Assembly (NCBI GenBank): GCA_963751875.1
Contig: CAVVWG010000009.1
Coordinates: 4,722-68,721 of the forward strand
Origin: an uncultured Thermoleophilia bacterium
GTDB taxonomy: Bacteria; Actinomycetota; Thermoleophilia; Gaiellales; Gaiellaceae
DNA length: 64,000 bases
Reading direction: 5' to 3'
The position numbers and the translations under genes are program-made. This document shows positions 38,393 through 49,831 of this stretch, in pieces. Position 1 is the stretch's first letter; each line of letters opens with the position of its first letter. The notes beneath the pieces are model-generated. The model did no database searches. It was not told the origin of the DNA and saw nothing but the letters and a program-made list of their open reading frames with translations.

Positions 38393-38848
38393 ATGCGCCT
38401 CGCGGCAATCATCACGCTCGCCCTCGTACTGTCCGCCGGAGTGGCGAGCGGTGCTGCGCTCGCGCCCGGTGGCTCGTTCGAGGTCAAGGGCGGACGGGGA
38501 ACGGTGCAGATCTCCGGCAAGGGCGTGCTCGTCGGCCGGCTCGGGAAGGGGTCGCTCGAGATCGTCGACCTCAGCCCGAACGACCAGTGGAGCCCCCGCG
38601 TCAACGGCATCCCCCGCGGCAAGACCGTGACGCTGCGGGGCAAGAACGTCTCGTTCTACATTCCCGGCGGCCGCTACAAGATCACCGCGCGCGGCAGCGA
38701 TATCTCGATCTCGGCGCGCGGCACCGGCGCCGTGATGCTGAACGGCGATCCCGACGCGGTCGGCGATACCGGCATGTACGCAGTTGGCGACGGCGACCTC
38801 GATTCCGTTGCCCGAAGTGCCGACAAAGGCGACGTTCGGGCCGAATGA
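38393..38848 (+). CDS. secreted beta-rich hypothetical protein
   Basis: Signal peptide MRLAAIITLALVLSAG; Gly-rich beta strands. Confidence 0.6.
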   Translation: MRLAAIITLALVLSAGVASGAALAPGGSFEVKGGRGTVQISGKGVLVGRLGKGSLEIVDLSPNDQWSPRVNGIPRGKTVTLRGKNVSFYIPGGRYKITARGSDISISARGTGAVMLNGDPDAVGDTGMYAVGDGDLDSVARSADKGDVRAE

Positions 38849-38888
38849 GGTGTTCGCGCCGTCTCCTCAATCGTTCAAGATTCCAGCC

Positions 38889-39596
38889 ATGACCACCCCG
38901 CAGACGATTCTGATCGTCGAGGACGAGACGTCGATTGCGTCGTTCGTCGCCCTCTATCTGAAGAACGCCGGCTACGTCGTGAAGGCTGTCGGCACGGGCG
39001 GAGCAGCTCTCAACGCGATCGCCGCCGAGCAGCCCGCGCTGATCATCCTCGATCTCAACCTGCCCGACATGGACGGTCTCGAGATCTGCCGCCGCGTGCG
39101 CAAGAGCTCGGACGTGCCGATCCTGATGCTGACTGCGCGGGACGAGGACGTCGACAAGATCATCGGCCTCGAGGTCGGCGCCGACGACTATCTGACGAAG
39201 CCCTTCAACCCGCGCGAGCTCGTGGCACGCGTGAAGAGCGTGCTCCGCCGCTCCTCGCCCGACCGCCGGCGCGACGAGGGTGACGAGATCCGCCACGGCG
39301 ACCTCGTGATCAATGCCGGGCGGCGCGAGGCGATGGTCGGCGACCGCGAGATCCAGCTTGCCCCGAAGGAGTTCGACCTCCTCTGGGAGCTGCTCGACCA
39401 CCGCGGGCTCGTGCTGACGCGCGACCAGCTGCTCGAGCGCGTGTGGGGCTACACCTTCGCGGGCGACACGCGGACGGTCGACGTGCACGTGCGGCAGATC
39501 AGGCGCAAGCTCGAGGATGCGTCGCCGATCGTCACCGTCTGGGGCGTGGGCTACAAGGTCGCGCCCGATCGCAGCACCACCGCGCCGGCCGCCTAG
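38889..39596 (+). CDS. OmpR/PhoB family response regulator
   Basis: ILIVEDE, LDLNLP, GADDYLTKPF, RTVDVHV, TVWGVGY. Confidence 0.95.
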   Translation: MTTPQTILIVEDETSIASFVALYLKNAGYVVKAVGTGGAALNAIAAEQPALIILDLNLPDMDGLEICRRVRKSSDVPILMLTARDEDVDKIIGLEVGADDYLTKPFNPRELVARVKSVLRRSSPDRRRDEGDEIRHGDLVINAGRREAMVGDREIQLAPKEFDLLWELLDHRGLVLTRDQLLERVWGYTFAGDTRTVDVHVRQIRRKLEDASPIVTVWGVGYKVAPDRSTTAPAA

Positions 39597-39625
39597 TCGT
39601 CGACAGCTAGACCTACACTTCGAAC

Positions 39626-41044
39626 GTGCTCGGGTCGCTGCGATTCCGCCTGCCGGCCTTGTTCCTGCTCGGGATCGTGCTCGCCGGCGTCGTCGCGGCG
39701 CTGATCTCGCTGCGGCTCTTCCAGACGTACACCCGCAGCCAGTCGATCCAGGAGCTCCAGCGCGAGGCCTCCGGGCTCTCCCAGCTCTACGCCGATGCCG
39801 CCCTGCGGGCCGCCGACGAGGGCTCGGGCGCGATCGACTTCGCCGCCTCCAAGCTCGAGCTCGCGACGGGCGACCGGATCTTCTACGTCGGCGCCTCGCT
39901 CTTCCCCGGTGAGGACTCGGGCCTGAAGCGGCTGAAGGAGTCGGCCGTGCCACCGGTGGTGAGCGAGCTGAAAGGGCCGGTGACCTTCGAGTTCACGCCG
40001 CCGGGAAGCAGCCGCTCGTACCTCGCGGCAGCGGAGCCGGTGCGGCTCGAGCCCGAGAGCGAGGCGCTCGGCGCGATCATCGTCGCGAAGCCGCGCACGG
40101 AGCTTCGCGACCAGTGGCTCCCGCTCGTGTTGCGGCTCGCCGCCGCCGTCGCCGTCGGAGTGCTGCTCGCCGGCCTGCTCTCCTGGTGGCTCTCGCGCAA
40201 GATCACCGGGCCCGTGCTGGCGCTGTCGAGCGCGGCCAGGGAGATCGCGGCGGGGAACTACGCCGTGCGCGTCCCGGCCGGCGGCGGTGGCGACGAGATC
40301 AGCCGCCTGTCCGAGCAATTCAACGAGATGGCCGCGCGACTGGCGGCAACCGAGGAGCGCGAGCGGCAGTTCCTGATGTCGGTCTCGCACGAGCTGCGCA
40401 CGCCGCTGACCGCGATCAAGGGCCACGTCGACGCGATCCGGGACGGGCTGTTCGACGACCCCGAGCTCGAGCGTGCCTCGCTCGATGTCGTCGCCGGCGA
40501 GACGATCCGGCTCGAGCGACTGGTGGGCGACGTGCTCGATCTGGCGAAGCTCAACGCGCACCGGTTCACGGTGCACGCGCAGGAGGTCGACATCGGCGTG
40601 CTCGTGGAGCGTGCCCACGCGAGCTTCGGCGAGGAGGCGCGACGACGCGAGATCGACTTCCAGCTGACCGAGGATCCCGACGCGCCGACGATCGTGACCG
40701 ACGGCGACCGGGTGCTGCAGGTGATCACGAACCTGCTCGCGAACGCGTTCCGCTGGACGCCCGACGGCGGCGTGGTCTCGCTCGGCTCCTCGACGGAGAA
40801 CGGCGTCGTCCAGATCGACGTCCGCGACACCGGCCCGGGCATCCAGCCGGACGAGCGCGAGCGCATCTTCGTGCCGTTCATCTCGCGCGACAACCACGGC
40901 ACCGGCCTCGGTCTGCCGATCGCGCGCGAGCTGGCGCATGCGCTCGGCGGCAGGATCGAGCTCGACTCGACCGTCGGCGAGGGCAGCCGCTTCAGGCTCG
41001 TGCTGCCGGCGGTGCCGGCGTCGGCCAGGGCGCCCGTCGCGTAG
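39626..41044 (+). CDS. HAMP-domain sensor histidine kinase
   Basis: 2 TM, HAMP, SHELRTPL, NLLANA, DTGPGI, GTGLGL. Confidence 0.95.
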   Translation: MLGSLRFRLPALFLLGIVLAGVVAALISLRLFQTYTRSQSIQELQREASGLSQLYADAALRAADEGSGAIDFAASKLELATGDRIFYVGASLFPGEDSGLKRLKESAVPPVVSELKGPVTFEFTPPGSSRSYLAAAEPVRLEPESEALGAIIVAKPRTELRDQWLPLVLRLAAAVAVGVLLAGLLSWWLSRKITGPVLALSSAAREIAAGNYAVRVPAGGGGDEISRLSEQFNEMAARLAATEERERQFLMSVSHELRTPLTAIKGHVDAIRDGLFDDPELERASLDVVAGETIRLERLVGDVLDLAKLNAHRFTVHAQEVDIGVLVERAHASFGEEARRREIDFQLTEDPDAPTIVTDGDRVLQVITNLLANAFRWTPDGGVVSLGSSTENGVVQIDVRDTGPGIQPDERERIFVPFISRDNHGTGLGLPIARELAHALGGRIELDSTVGEGSRFRLVLPAVPASARAPVA

Positions 41045-41058
41045 GCGACGGCTGAGGC

Positions 41059-41077
41059 GGGAGGCTTCAGCCTCTCC
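41059..41077. repeat. REP-like palindrome
   Basis: GGGAGGC-TTCA-GCCTCTCC. Confidence 0.7.
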
Positions 41078-41158
41078 CCAGGCGTCTGACGAGTCCGCCG
41101 GTGGCGCCCGGCATGAGCCGGCGGCCGGGAGACGGCCGAAGCCGACTACGATCGCCGG

Positions 41159-42065
41159 ATGGTCGAGCCTGCACGAGTGGCCGAGGTGGCTATCTGCCGA
41201 CGAGGCGCGCCCGCTGCGCGCGGCGTTCGTCGCGCTCCGGCCGCGGCAGTGGTTGAAGAACCTGCTCCTCTTCGCCGGGATCATCTTCGCGGCAGAGCTC
41301 GGCGACCCAACCCGCTGGGTCGAGGCGGTGGCCGCGTTCGTCGCGTACTGCGCCGCGTCGAGCGCCGCCTACCTCGTCAACGACCTCCGGGACATCGACG
41401 CCGACCGGCAGCACCCGGTCAAGCGGCGGCGGCCGATCGCGCGCGGCGAGCTGCGGCCCCGTGCTGCCGTGATCCTCGCCGTCGCGCTCGGGCTCGCCGC
41501 GCTCGCGATCGTCGGCGCCCTCGGCCCGCTCTCGGTCGCGTGCCTCCTTGCCTTCGTCGCGCTGCAGGCCGCGTACACGCTCCGGCTCAAGCACGTCGTC
41601 CTCGTCGACGTGCTCGTGATCGCCGGGCTCTTCGTGATCAGGGCATCCGCCGGCGCGATCGCCGTGGACGTGAAGATCTCGCCCTGGCTCTTCGTCTGCA
41701 CGGCACTCCTCGCGCTCTTCCTCGCGCTCGGCAAGCGGCGGGCCGAGCTCGTGCTCGTCGGTGCCGAGCGTACGCCCGGCCGCGCGGTGCTCGAGGGCTA
41801 CTCGCTCGCGCTCGTCGACCAGCTGCTCGCGGCCGTCGCCGGCGCGACGATCGTCGCCTACGCGCTCTACTCGGTGACCGCGCGCGACTCGTGGGCGCTC
41901 GTCGCCACGGTCCCGTTCGTCGTCTTCGGCCTGGCGCGCTACCTCCAGCTGCTGCACCGCCACGATGCGGGCGAGGAGCCGGAGAACGTGCTGCTCGGCG
42001 ACTGGCCGATCCTCGCCACGGTGGCGGGTGGGCCGCTCACCTGTGCGGCGACTTCTCGTCGGTGA
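41159..42065 (+). CDS. UbiA-family decaprenyl-phosphate phosphoribosyltransferase-like protein (frameshifts)
   Basis: RPRQWLKN, NDLRDIDADRQHPVKRRRPIA, LKHVVLVD, GKRRAE. Confidence 0.88.
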
Positions 42066-42076
42066 GCTCGTAGCGC

Positions 42077-42517
42077 CTACGACGCAGCGGCGACGTGATC
42101 GTGCAGCGACACGATCTCGGCGGTCTCGCCCAGCTCGATCCGCTCGAGCCGGCGATCGACGCCCTGCCAGCCGGTCGAGACGAGGTCGACGAGCAGCGTG
42201 AGGTCGTCGAGGCGCGCGTTGCGCTCCGCGATCAGCTCCTGCTCGAGCCGTTCGAGCCGGCCGATCGCGTTGTTGAGCAGCCCCTTGATCTCGCCGAGGT
42301 TGCGGGCGACGGGGAGCACCTCGCGGCGCATGCCGTCCTGCACCGCCTCGCCGATTCGCTCCGGCATCGACGTCTCGAGCGCGAGTGCCGCGGCGCCGAG
42401 CGCCTCGACTTCCTCGCGAGAGCGCCGCAGCGCTACCTCGAACCGACCTTCCTCGTTGCGACCTGCTCGCGCCTCCGCGATGCGCTGCTTTGCCCGTTCC
42501 AATGCCTGTTCATCCAT
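42077..42517 (-). CDS. coiled-coil hypothetical protein
   Basis: Helical ORF with TAGCCT -10 before ATG. Confidence 0.65.
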   Translation of the reverse strand: MDEQALERAKQRIAEARAGRNEEGRFEVALRRSREEVEALGAAALALETSMPERIGEAVQDGMRREVLPVARNLGEIKGLLNNAIGRLERLEQELIAERNARLDDLTLLVDLVSTGWQGVDRRLERIELGETAEIVSLHDHVAAAS

Positions 42518-42543
42518 GAGCGCAAGGCTACTCTGGCCATCGG

Positions 42544-43482
42544 ATGAGATCGGACGAGCTCGACTACGCCCTGCCGCCCGAGCTGATCGCGCAGCATCCC
42601 GCCGACCGTCGGGATGCCTCGCGACTGCTCGTCTACGACCGCGCCACGGGCGCCGTGCGCCATCGAACGTTCAGCGACCTGCCGTCCGAGCTCGCCGGCG
42701 AGCTCGTCGTCGTCAACGACACCAAGGTCGTCCCCGCGCGGCTCAACCTGCAGCGCGAGAGCGGTGGCGCGGCCGAGGTGCTGCTCCTCGAGCCGCTCGG
42801 CGACGGGGTCTGGGAAGCGCTCGCGCGGCCGTCGCGGCGGCTGCGCGCCGGGGAGCGGCTCGGCCCGGTCGAGCTGCTCGAGTCGCTCGGCGAAGGGCGC
42901 TGGCGGGTGCACCTCGACGGCGAGCCCGAGGGCGAGCCGCCGCTGCCGCCGTACATCCACGAGCCGCTGGCCGAGCCCGGGCGCTATCAGACGGTCTACG
43001 CCGCCGACCCCGGCTCCGCGGCCGCGCCGACGGCCGGGCTCCACTTCACGCCGGAGCTGCTCGCGCAGCTCGACGTCGAGCACGTCACGCTCCATGTCGG
43101 GCTGGACACGTTCCGGCCGCTCGCCGTGCCCGAGCTCGAGCAGCACGAGCTCCACGGTGAGCGCTACCACGTCGCCCCGGAGGCCTGGGCGAGGATCGAG
43201 GCGGCGGAGCGGGTGCTCGCGGTCGGCACGACGACGGTGCGCGTGCTCGAGACCATCGCCCGCGAGGGCGGGCTCGAGGGGCGCACGTCGCTCTACGTCC
43301 TGCCGGGGTTCCGGTTCCAGCGCGTCGACGCGCTGCTGACGAACTTCCACCTGCCGCGCTCGACCCTGCTCGCGCTCGTGATGGCCTTTGCGGGCGTCGA
43401 CGCCGTTCGCGACCTCTACCGGATCGCGATCGACGAGCAGTACCGGTTCTACTCCTTCGGCGATGCGATGCTGATCCTGTGA
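42544..43482 (+). CDS. queA: SAM:tRNA ribosyltransferase-isomerase
   Basis: [56 protein letters not shown]. Confidence 0.97.
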   Translation: MRSDELDYALPPELIAQHPADRRDASRLLVYDRATGAVRHRTFSDLPSELAGELVVVNDTKVVPARLNLQRESGGAAEVLLLEPLGDGVWEALARPSRRLRAGERLGPVELLESLGEGRWRVHLDGEPEGEPPLPPYIHEPLAEPGRYQTVYAADPGSAAAPTAGLHFTPELLAQLDVEHVTLHVGLDTFRPLAVPELEQHELHGERYHVAPEAWARIEAAERVLAVGTTTVRVLETIAREGGLEGRTSLYVLPGFRFQRVDALLTNFHLPRSTLLALVMAFAGVDAVRDLYRIAIDEQYRFYSFGDAMLIL

Positions 43483-44614
43483 CCTGCTTCACCCTCGAGG
43501 CCACGGACGGAGCCGCCCGTGCCGGCGTCGTCCACACCGCCCACGGCGACATCCCGACGCCCGCCTTCATGCCGGTCGGCACCAAGGCGACCGTGAAGAC
43601 GTTGCATCCCGACGAGGTGCGGCAGATGGGGGCGAGCATCATCCTCGGCAACACCTACCACCTGCACTTCCGCCCCGGCGAGGACGTGATCGAGGAGCTC
43701 GGCGGGCTGCACGCGTTCTCGGGCTGGGACGGGCCGATCCTCACCGATTCGGGCGGTTTCCAGGTCTTTTCGCTGCGCGACACGCTGCTCGCGGTCGACG
43801 ACGACGGCGTCACGTTCCGCTCGGTCTACGACGGCGCACCCGGAGCGGTTCACGCCCGAGAGCGTCGCCGAGATCCAGCGGCGCCTCGGCTCGGACATCG
43901 CGATGTGCCTCGACATCTGCCCGCCGGCCGACTCGTCGCGCGCCGAGCACGAGGATGCGGTGCGGCGCACGCGCCTCTGGGCCGAGCGGCAGATCGACGC
44001 ACCCCGGGCGCCGGGGCAGCTGCGGTTCGGGATCGCGCAGGGAGGAACCGACCCGGAGCTACGGCGCCGCTCGATCGAGGAGATCGTGGCGCTCGGGTTC
44101 GACGGCAACGCGCTCGGGGGCCTCGCCGTGGGGGAGAGCCGGGCCGAGATGCTCGAGACGGTCGGCGTGGGCAGCGCCGCTCCTGCCCGCCGAGAAGCCG
44201 CGCTACTTCATGGGCCTCGGCGACGCCGAGGGCATCCTCGGCGTGATCGCAGGCGGCATCGACATGTTCGATTGCGTGCTGCCGACGCGGATGGCGCGGA
44301 CGGGCTCGGCCCTGACGGCGACCGGCAAGATGAACCTGCGCAACGCCCGCTACGCCCGCGATCCGCGCCCGCTCGAGGAAGGCTGCGGCTGCCCCGCCTG
44401 CACCGGATTCTCGCGCGCGTTCATCCGGCATCTGGTCAATCAGAACGAAATGCTCGGGCTTCGCCTGATCTCTCTGCATAATCTATGGCTCATTCATCGA
44501 CTGACCGCCGGAGCGCGGGATGCGATTTGCCGCGGGACGTTCGACGACTTCCGCGCGCAGGCGCTCTCTCGGCTCACCGGCGGCTCCCAGGAGGATCTGT
44601 GCAAGGAATCTTGA
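43479..44614 (+). CDS. tgt: tRNA-guanine transglycosylase (frameshifts)
   Basis: [38 protein letters not shown]...H. Confidence 0.96.
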
Positions 44615-45046
44615 TCATCGTTCTGCTGTTCGGCGTGCTCTGGTTTGCCATGATCCGCCCGCAGCGCGCGAAGGTGCAGGCGCAGCAGCGGATGCTCGGC
44701 ACGGTCGCGCCCGGCGACGAGATCCTCACCGTCGGCGGCATCTACGGCATCGTCCAGGAGCTCGAGCCGGACGAGGACGGGGGCGACCTGATCGTCGAGA
44801 TCGCCGAAGGCATCCACGTTCGCATCGCCCGCAAGGCGCTCGCGACGGTGATCAAGCCCGAGGACGACGACGAGGACGCAGACGAGCGACGAGGCAGACG
44901 ACGACGGAGACGAGGATGTCGACGGCGAGGCCGAGCTCGTCGCCGACGACGCGCAGCCCGCCACCGGCGTAGAGGGTGTTACGAACGAAGGGGAAACTGT
45001 AAATCCAGGAGCTGCAGAGCCAGCGGCGCCTTCAGAGCGCAGCTAG
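44599..45046 (+). CDS. yajC: preprotein translocase subunit YajC with acidic tail (frameshift)
   Basis: AGGAGG SD; TM, MIRPQR, GDEILTVGGIYG. Confidence 0.9.
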
Positions 45047-45061
45047 CCTACCGCCGCATCC

Positions 45062-47787
45062 ATGACCCGTCGCGCTTCCATCGTTGTCGTTTCCCTGGTC
45101 ATCGCCGGGCTCGTTGCCGTGGCGTTGATGATCGTCCCGTCGTCGCCGATCCACAAGAAGCCGACGCTCGGGCTCGACCTCCAGGGTGGCCTCGAGATCA
45201 CGAAGGAAGCCGTTCCGCCCAAGGGCCGGAAGCTGACGAAGGAAGACCTCTCCCGCTCGGTCACGATCATGCGCGACCGCGTCGACCGCCTCGGTGTGTC
45301 GGAGCCGGAGATTCGGACGCAGGGCAGCAACCAGATCACGATCCAGCTGCCGGGCGTCAAGGATCCCGAGGCGGCCGCGAAGATCATCGGCAAGACCGCC
45401 CAGCTCGAGCTCTTCGACCTCGAGACGAGCCTCGTGGCGCCGTCGATCGACATCAACGGGAACCCGCAGGCCGCGCTCGAGCGTCTACGACCTCCTCGCC
45501 GGCCAGCAGGCGATCGTCAAGGACAAGTCCGACCAGTGGTGGGTCTTCGACAAGAAGAAGAAGCTCGTCGTCGGCCCGGTCTCGTCGAAGGAGAAGGCGC
45601 TCGCCAAGTACGACGGCAAGCTGCCTGACGGCTACAAGCTCTTCGGCACCCCGAACGGCACCGTGGTGATCTCGTGCGGCGTGCAGGCAGTCGTCTGCCC
45701 GGGTGTCGGAACGCCCGACCGGCGAACTCGTACTACCTCTTCAAGTACGACCCGCCGGCCGTGCCGCAGATGACGGGTGCCGACCTGAAGCTCTCCGGCA
45801 CGCGCCAGGACTTCGACACGACGACCAACCAGCCGATCGTGTCGCTCGAGTTCACGAACAAGGGCAGCGACCGCTTCCAGGAGATCACGCGCTCCGAGTA
45901 CGTGCGCGGCAAGCTCCGGAACGCGCCGCAGCACTTCGCGATCGTGCTCGACCGCGAGATTCGCTCGTGGCCGCAGATCGACTACACCGACGGCGCGCTC
46001 GCCGGCGGCATCTCGGGCAACGCCCAGATCACGGGGATCGGCGACATCCAGGAGGCGAAGGATCTCGCGCTCGTGCTCCAGACCGGTGCGCTGCCGGTCG
46101 AGTTCGTGACGCTCGACCAGACCGCGATCTCGGCCACGCTCGGTAAGGACTCGCTCAACCAGGCGAAGACCGCCGCGATCGTCGGCCTGTTCCTCGTCGC
46201 GCTCTTCCTGCTCATCTTCTACCGCTTCCTCGGCGTCATCGCGGTGCTCGGCCTCGGCATCTACGCCGCCTTCCTCTACGCCGCGATCCTCGTCTTCAAC
46301 GTGACCCTGACCCTCCCGGGCTTCGCCGGCCTCGTGCTGACGCTGGGGGTGGCCGCCGACGCGAACGTCGTCATCTTCGAACGCATCAAGGAAGAGGCGC
46401 GCGCGGGGCGGAGCATCCGGGCCGCGATCCAGACCGGGTACACGAAGGGCTTCGCGACGATCGTCGACGCCAACGTCGTCACCGCGATCACCGCGCTCGT
46501 CCTGTTCGCGGTCGCCACCTCCTCGGTGCGCGGATTCGCCCTCATGCTCCTGATCGGTACCGCGATCTCGATGCTCACGGCCGTGCTCGCGACGCGCGCG
46601 TTCCTGTCGCTGCTCGCCGGCTCGAAGCTCCTCGACAACCCGCGCGTGATCGGCACCTCCGGCGGCGGCATCCGCCCGTGGCTCAAGATCGACTTCATCA
46701 GCCGGCGGCGGCTGTGGTTCGGGATCTCGGCCACCGTGATCCTGGTCTCGGTCCTCGCGCTCGGCGTCCGCGGGCTCAACCTCGGCATCGACTTCAAGGG
46801 CGGCACGCAGATCGGCTTCACGACGCCCGCGCCGACCTCGATCGAGGAGGTTCGCAAGCAGGCGGCCCAGGTCGGCCAGGCGAACGCCGTCATCCAGGGC
46901 CGTGGCCCGTCGACGAACGGCGACTACAAGAGCTTCCAGATTCGCACCGAGTCGCTCACGGGCGAGGAGTCGGTGCAGCTCCAGCAGGACCTGAAGAAGT
47001 CGGTCAACGCCGACGCCTTCGGGGTCAAGAACGTGTCGTCCAGCTTCGGCCGCCAGATCGCGAAGAGCGCGATCCTCGCGATCATCGTCTCGCTGCTCCT
47101 GATCGTCGGCTACATCTCGATCCGGTTCCAGTGGCAGTTCGCCGTGCCCGCGATCGTGGCGCTGATGCACGACATCCTGATCACGGTCGGCATCTACGCC
47201 CTGCTCGGGCGGGAGGTGACGACCGCCACGGTCGCCGCGGTCCTGACCGTGCTCGGGTACTCGATCTACGACACGATCATCATCTTCGACCGGATCAGGG
47301 AGAACATCCCGCTGATGAAGCGCGGCTCGTTCCGCCAGATCACGAACGTGTCGCTGTGGGAGACGATTCCGCGGTCACTCGCGACGACGTTCATCACGCT
47401 GCTGCCGATCGTCGCGCTGCTCATCTTCGGCGGCGCCACGCTCAACGACTTCGCGTTCGCGCTGCTGATCGGTATCGCCTCGGGTGCGTACTCGTCGATC
47501 TTCGTCGCCGCACCGCTGCTCGACTGGCTCAAGGAGCGCGAGCCGGAGTACGCGCGTCGCAAGCACGAGGAGCTCGGCGACGTCCAGTCGGTCGGAGGCG
47601 CCGTCGTCACCGCCGCCACGCCGACCGCGGCGCCGACGCGCCGACCGCCGACGCTGCTCAAGGAAGCCGACGCACTGCTGGCGACCGAGGGGCCTGCGAC
47701 GCCGGCGACGCCTGCGCCGGACTCCTCGAGCCGAGCGCGCCGTCAGGCCCGCCGCACGAACCGGCAAGCACGGCCGCAACCGTCTAG
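45062..47787 (+). CDS. secDF: fused SecD/SecF translocase subunit (frameshifts)
   Basis: LGLDLQGG, DANVVIFERIKEE, LGIDFKGG, GYSIYDTIIIFDRIREN within one continuous frame from SecD to SecF. Confidence 0.95.
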
Positions 47788-47815
47788 GTCGTGCTCGACC
47801 GCGTAGACTGCGGTC

Positions 47816-48166
47816 ATGGACGGGAACGGAACTTCCGAGTCGGGCGCCGCGGAGCCGCGCACCTTCGAGCAGCTGCTGCTGGCCGGGTTCGGCTGGCTCT
47901 CGCTCACGGCCGAGGCCGCTGACGACGTCGCCGACGATCTCGCGCGGCGAGTCGGGATCGAGCGCGACGCGATGCGCAACGCCGTGCGTGATGCGGTCGC
48001 GAGCTGGCGGGCGGAGGCGGAGCGGCTCGGTTCGATGCCGTCCGACGCCTCCGACAGGGCCATGCGGCGCCTCGGGGTCGTGCGGCGCGAGGAGGCCGAC
48101 GATCTCGCGCTGCGGGTAGCGCAGCTCGAGCATCGCGTCCGCCTGCTCGAGACGCCTGCCGAGTAG
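47816..48166 (+). CDS. phasin-like helical protein
   Basis: LLLAGFGWLSLT...LGVVRREEADDLALRVAQLE; upstream of ubiB. Confidence 0.6.
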   Translation: MDGNGTSESGAAEPRTFEQLLLAGFGWLSLTAEAADDVADDLARRVGIERDAMRNAVRDAVASWRAEAERLGSMPSDASDRAMRRLGVVRREEADDLALRVAQLEHRVRLLETPAE

Positions 48167-48186
48167 CCGGAACGGCGCACTGTCCG

Positions 48187-49830
48187 ATGGAGACAGCGAA
48201 ACCTCAGCGACGGATCGGCCGGCTGTCCGAGATCGGGCGCGTCGCGACGCGCCACGGCTTCGGGTACCTGATCGACCGGCGCCGCAGCAACGACAACACG
48301 CAGCTCGCCGACCGCGGCCGCCGGCTGCGCGAGATGCTCGACGAGCTCGGGCCGACGTTCGTCAAGTTCGGCCAGCTCCTCTCGACGCGGCCGGACGTGA
48401 TGCCGCCGGACATCATCGTCGAGCTGCGCAAGCTGCAGGACGACGTGACGCCGATCCCGTTCGCCGACATCCGGCGCGTGATCGAGGAGGAGATGGGCCT
48501 GACGCTCGAGCAGGCGTTCCTCACCTTCGACGAGACGCCGATCGCGGCCGCGTCGATCGGCCAGGTGCACCGCGCGACGTTGCCGACCGGCGACCAGGTC
48601 GTCGTCAAGGTGCAGCGCCCGGAGGCTCCCCGCCAGGTCGAGTCCGACCTGCAGCTGATGCGCTCCGCTGCCCGCGTCGTGCGCGAGCGCGTGCGGGCGC
48701 TCGACTTCATCGACGCCGAGGCGCTCGTCGACGAGTTCGCCCGCTCGATCCGCCAGGAGCTCGACTACCAGCACGAGGCCCGCAACGCCGAGACGTTCAG
48801 GCGCAACTTCGGCGACTCGACCGAGGTTGCCGTCCCGAAGGTGATCTGGCGCTACTCCTCCAGCCGCGTGCTGACGCTCGAGTTCCTCGAGGGCACCCAG
48901 TTCGCCGATCTCGACCTCACGTCACGCTCCCCCGAGCAGCGCCGCGAGCTCGCCTATCGGATGACCGACGCGTGGATGACGATGATCTTCCGCCACGGGT
49001 TCTTCCACGGCGACCCGCACCCGGCGAACATCCTCCTGCTCGACGACGGGCGCATCGGCCTCGTCGACTTCGGCCTCGCGGGGCGCCTGACCGACGAGGA
49101 CATGACGCGCCTGACGCGGCTCTTCGTCGACGCGGCGACCGAGAACGTCGACGCGCTGCCGCGGCGCCTGGCGGAGCTCGGCCTGCGCTATCCGAAGGAG
49201 CGCGAGGAGGAGCTGCGCGACGCGATCGAGGACCTCTTCTACCGCTACTACGGGTCGAGCATCTCGAGCATCGATCCGATCGAGGTGATCCGCGAGGGGC
49301 TCGACCTGATCTACTCGCTCAACCTGCGGCTGCCGAGCCGGTTCGTGACGCTCGACAAGGCGATCGCGACCCTCGGTGCCGTCGGCGTCGAGCTCTATCC
49401 CGACTTCAACGTCTTCGAGGTCGCCCGCCCGTATGCGCGCGGCCTGATCGCGGAGCGCTTCTCGCCGCGGCGGATGGCGCTCCGGGCTCAGAACGAGGTG
49501 CGCGAGCTCGGCGGCGTCGCGCGCGAGCTGCCGTACCAGCTGCGCGACGTGATGGAGCAGACGCGCGACGGCAGGCTCGAGATCCAGATCCGCAACCCCG
49601 GCTTCGACGACCTCACCTACCACATCGACCATGCCGTCAACCGGATCGCGGTGGCGCTGATCGTGCTCGGCGGCCTCGTCGGCTCGTCGATCGTCGGCGT
49701 GCTCGCGAAGAACGGCCCGCACGTCATGGGCCTGCACCTGCTCTCGTTCGTCGGCTTCGTGATCTCCGGGATCTTCGCGCGTCTGGCTCGTGTGGGGGAT
49801 CGCCAGGTCCGGAAGGCTCTAGAGCGCTAG
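48187..49830 (+). CDS. AarF/UbiB (ABC1) family protein kinase
   Basis: LGPTFVKFGQ, AAASIGQVH, VKVQRP, FHGDPHPAN, DFG. Confidence 0.93.
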   Translation: METAKPQRRIGRLSEIGRVATRHGFGYLIDRRRSNDNTQLADRGRRLREMLDELGPTFVKFGQLLSTRPDVMPPDIIVELRKLQDDVTPIPFADIRRVIEEEMGLTLEQAFLTFDETPIAAASIGQVHRATLPTGDQVVVKVQRPEAPRQVESDLQLMRSAARVVRERVRALDFIDAEALVDEFARSIRQELDYQHEARNAETFRRNFGDSTEVAVPKVIWRYSSSRVLTLEFLEGTQFADLDLTSRSPEQRRELAYRMTDAWMTMIFRHGFFHGDPHPANILLLDDGRIGLVDFGLAGRLTDEDMTRLTRLFVDAATENVDALPRRLAELGLRYPKEREEELRDAIEDLFYRYYGSSISSIDPIEVIREGLDLIYSLNLRLPSRFVTLDKAIATLGAVGVELYPDFNVFEVARPYARGLIAERFSPRRMALRAQNEVRELGGVARELPYQLRDVMEQTRDGRLEIQIRNPGFDDLTYHIDHAVNRIAVALIVLGGLVGSSIVGVLAKNGPHVMGLHLLSFVGFVISGIFARLARVGDRQVRKALER

Positions 49831-49831
49831 G

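Noticed and set aside
39598-39619. CGTCGA-N10-TACACT (kinase) and CATCCG-N10-TAGCCT (gene ending at 42517) as PafBC-like sites
   Set aside because: Partial matches that are plausible by chance in GTCG-rich DNA.
1582-41077. Palindromic repeats as a CRISPR array
   Set aside because: They are dispersed, have no regular spacers, and no cas genes are present.
44860-44960. GAC/GAG-rich low-complexity tract
   Set aside because: It encodes the acidic tail of YajC and is not an independent repeat.
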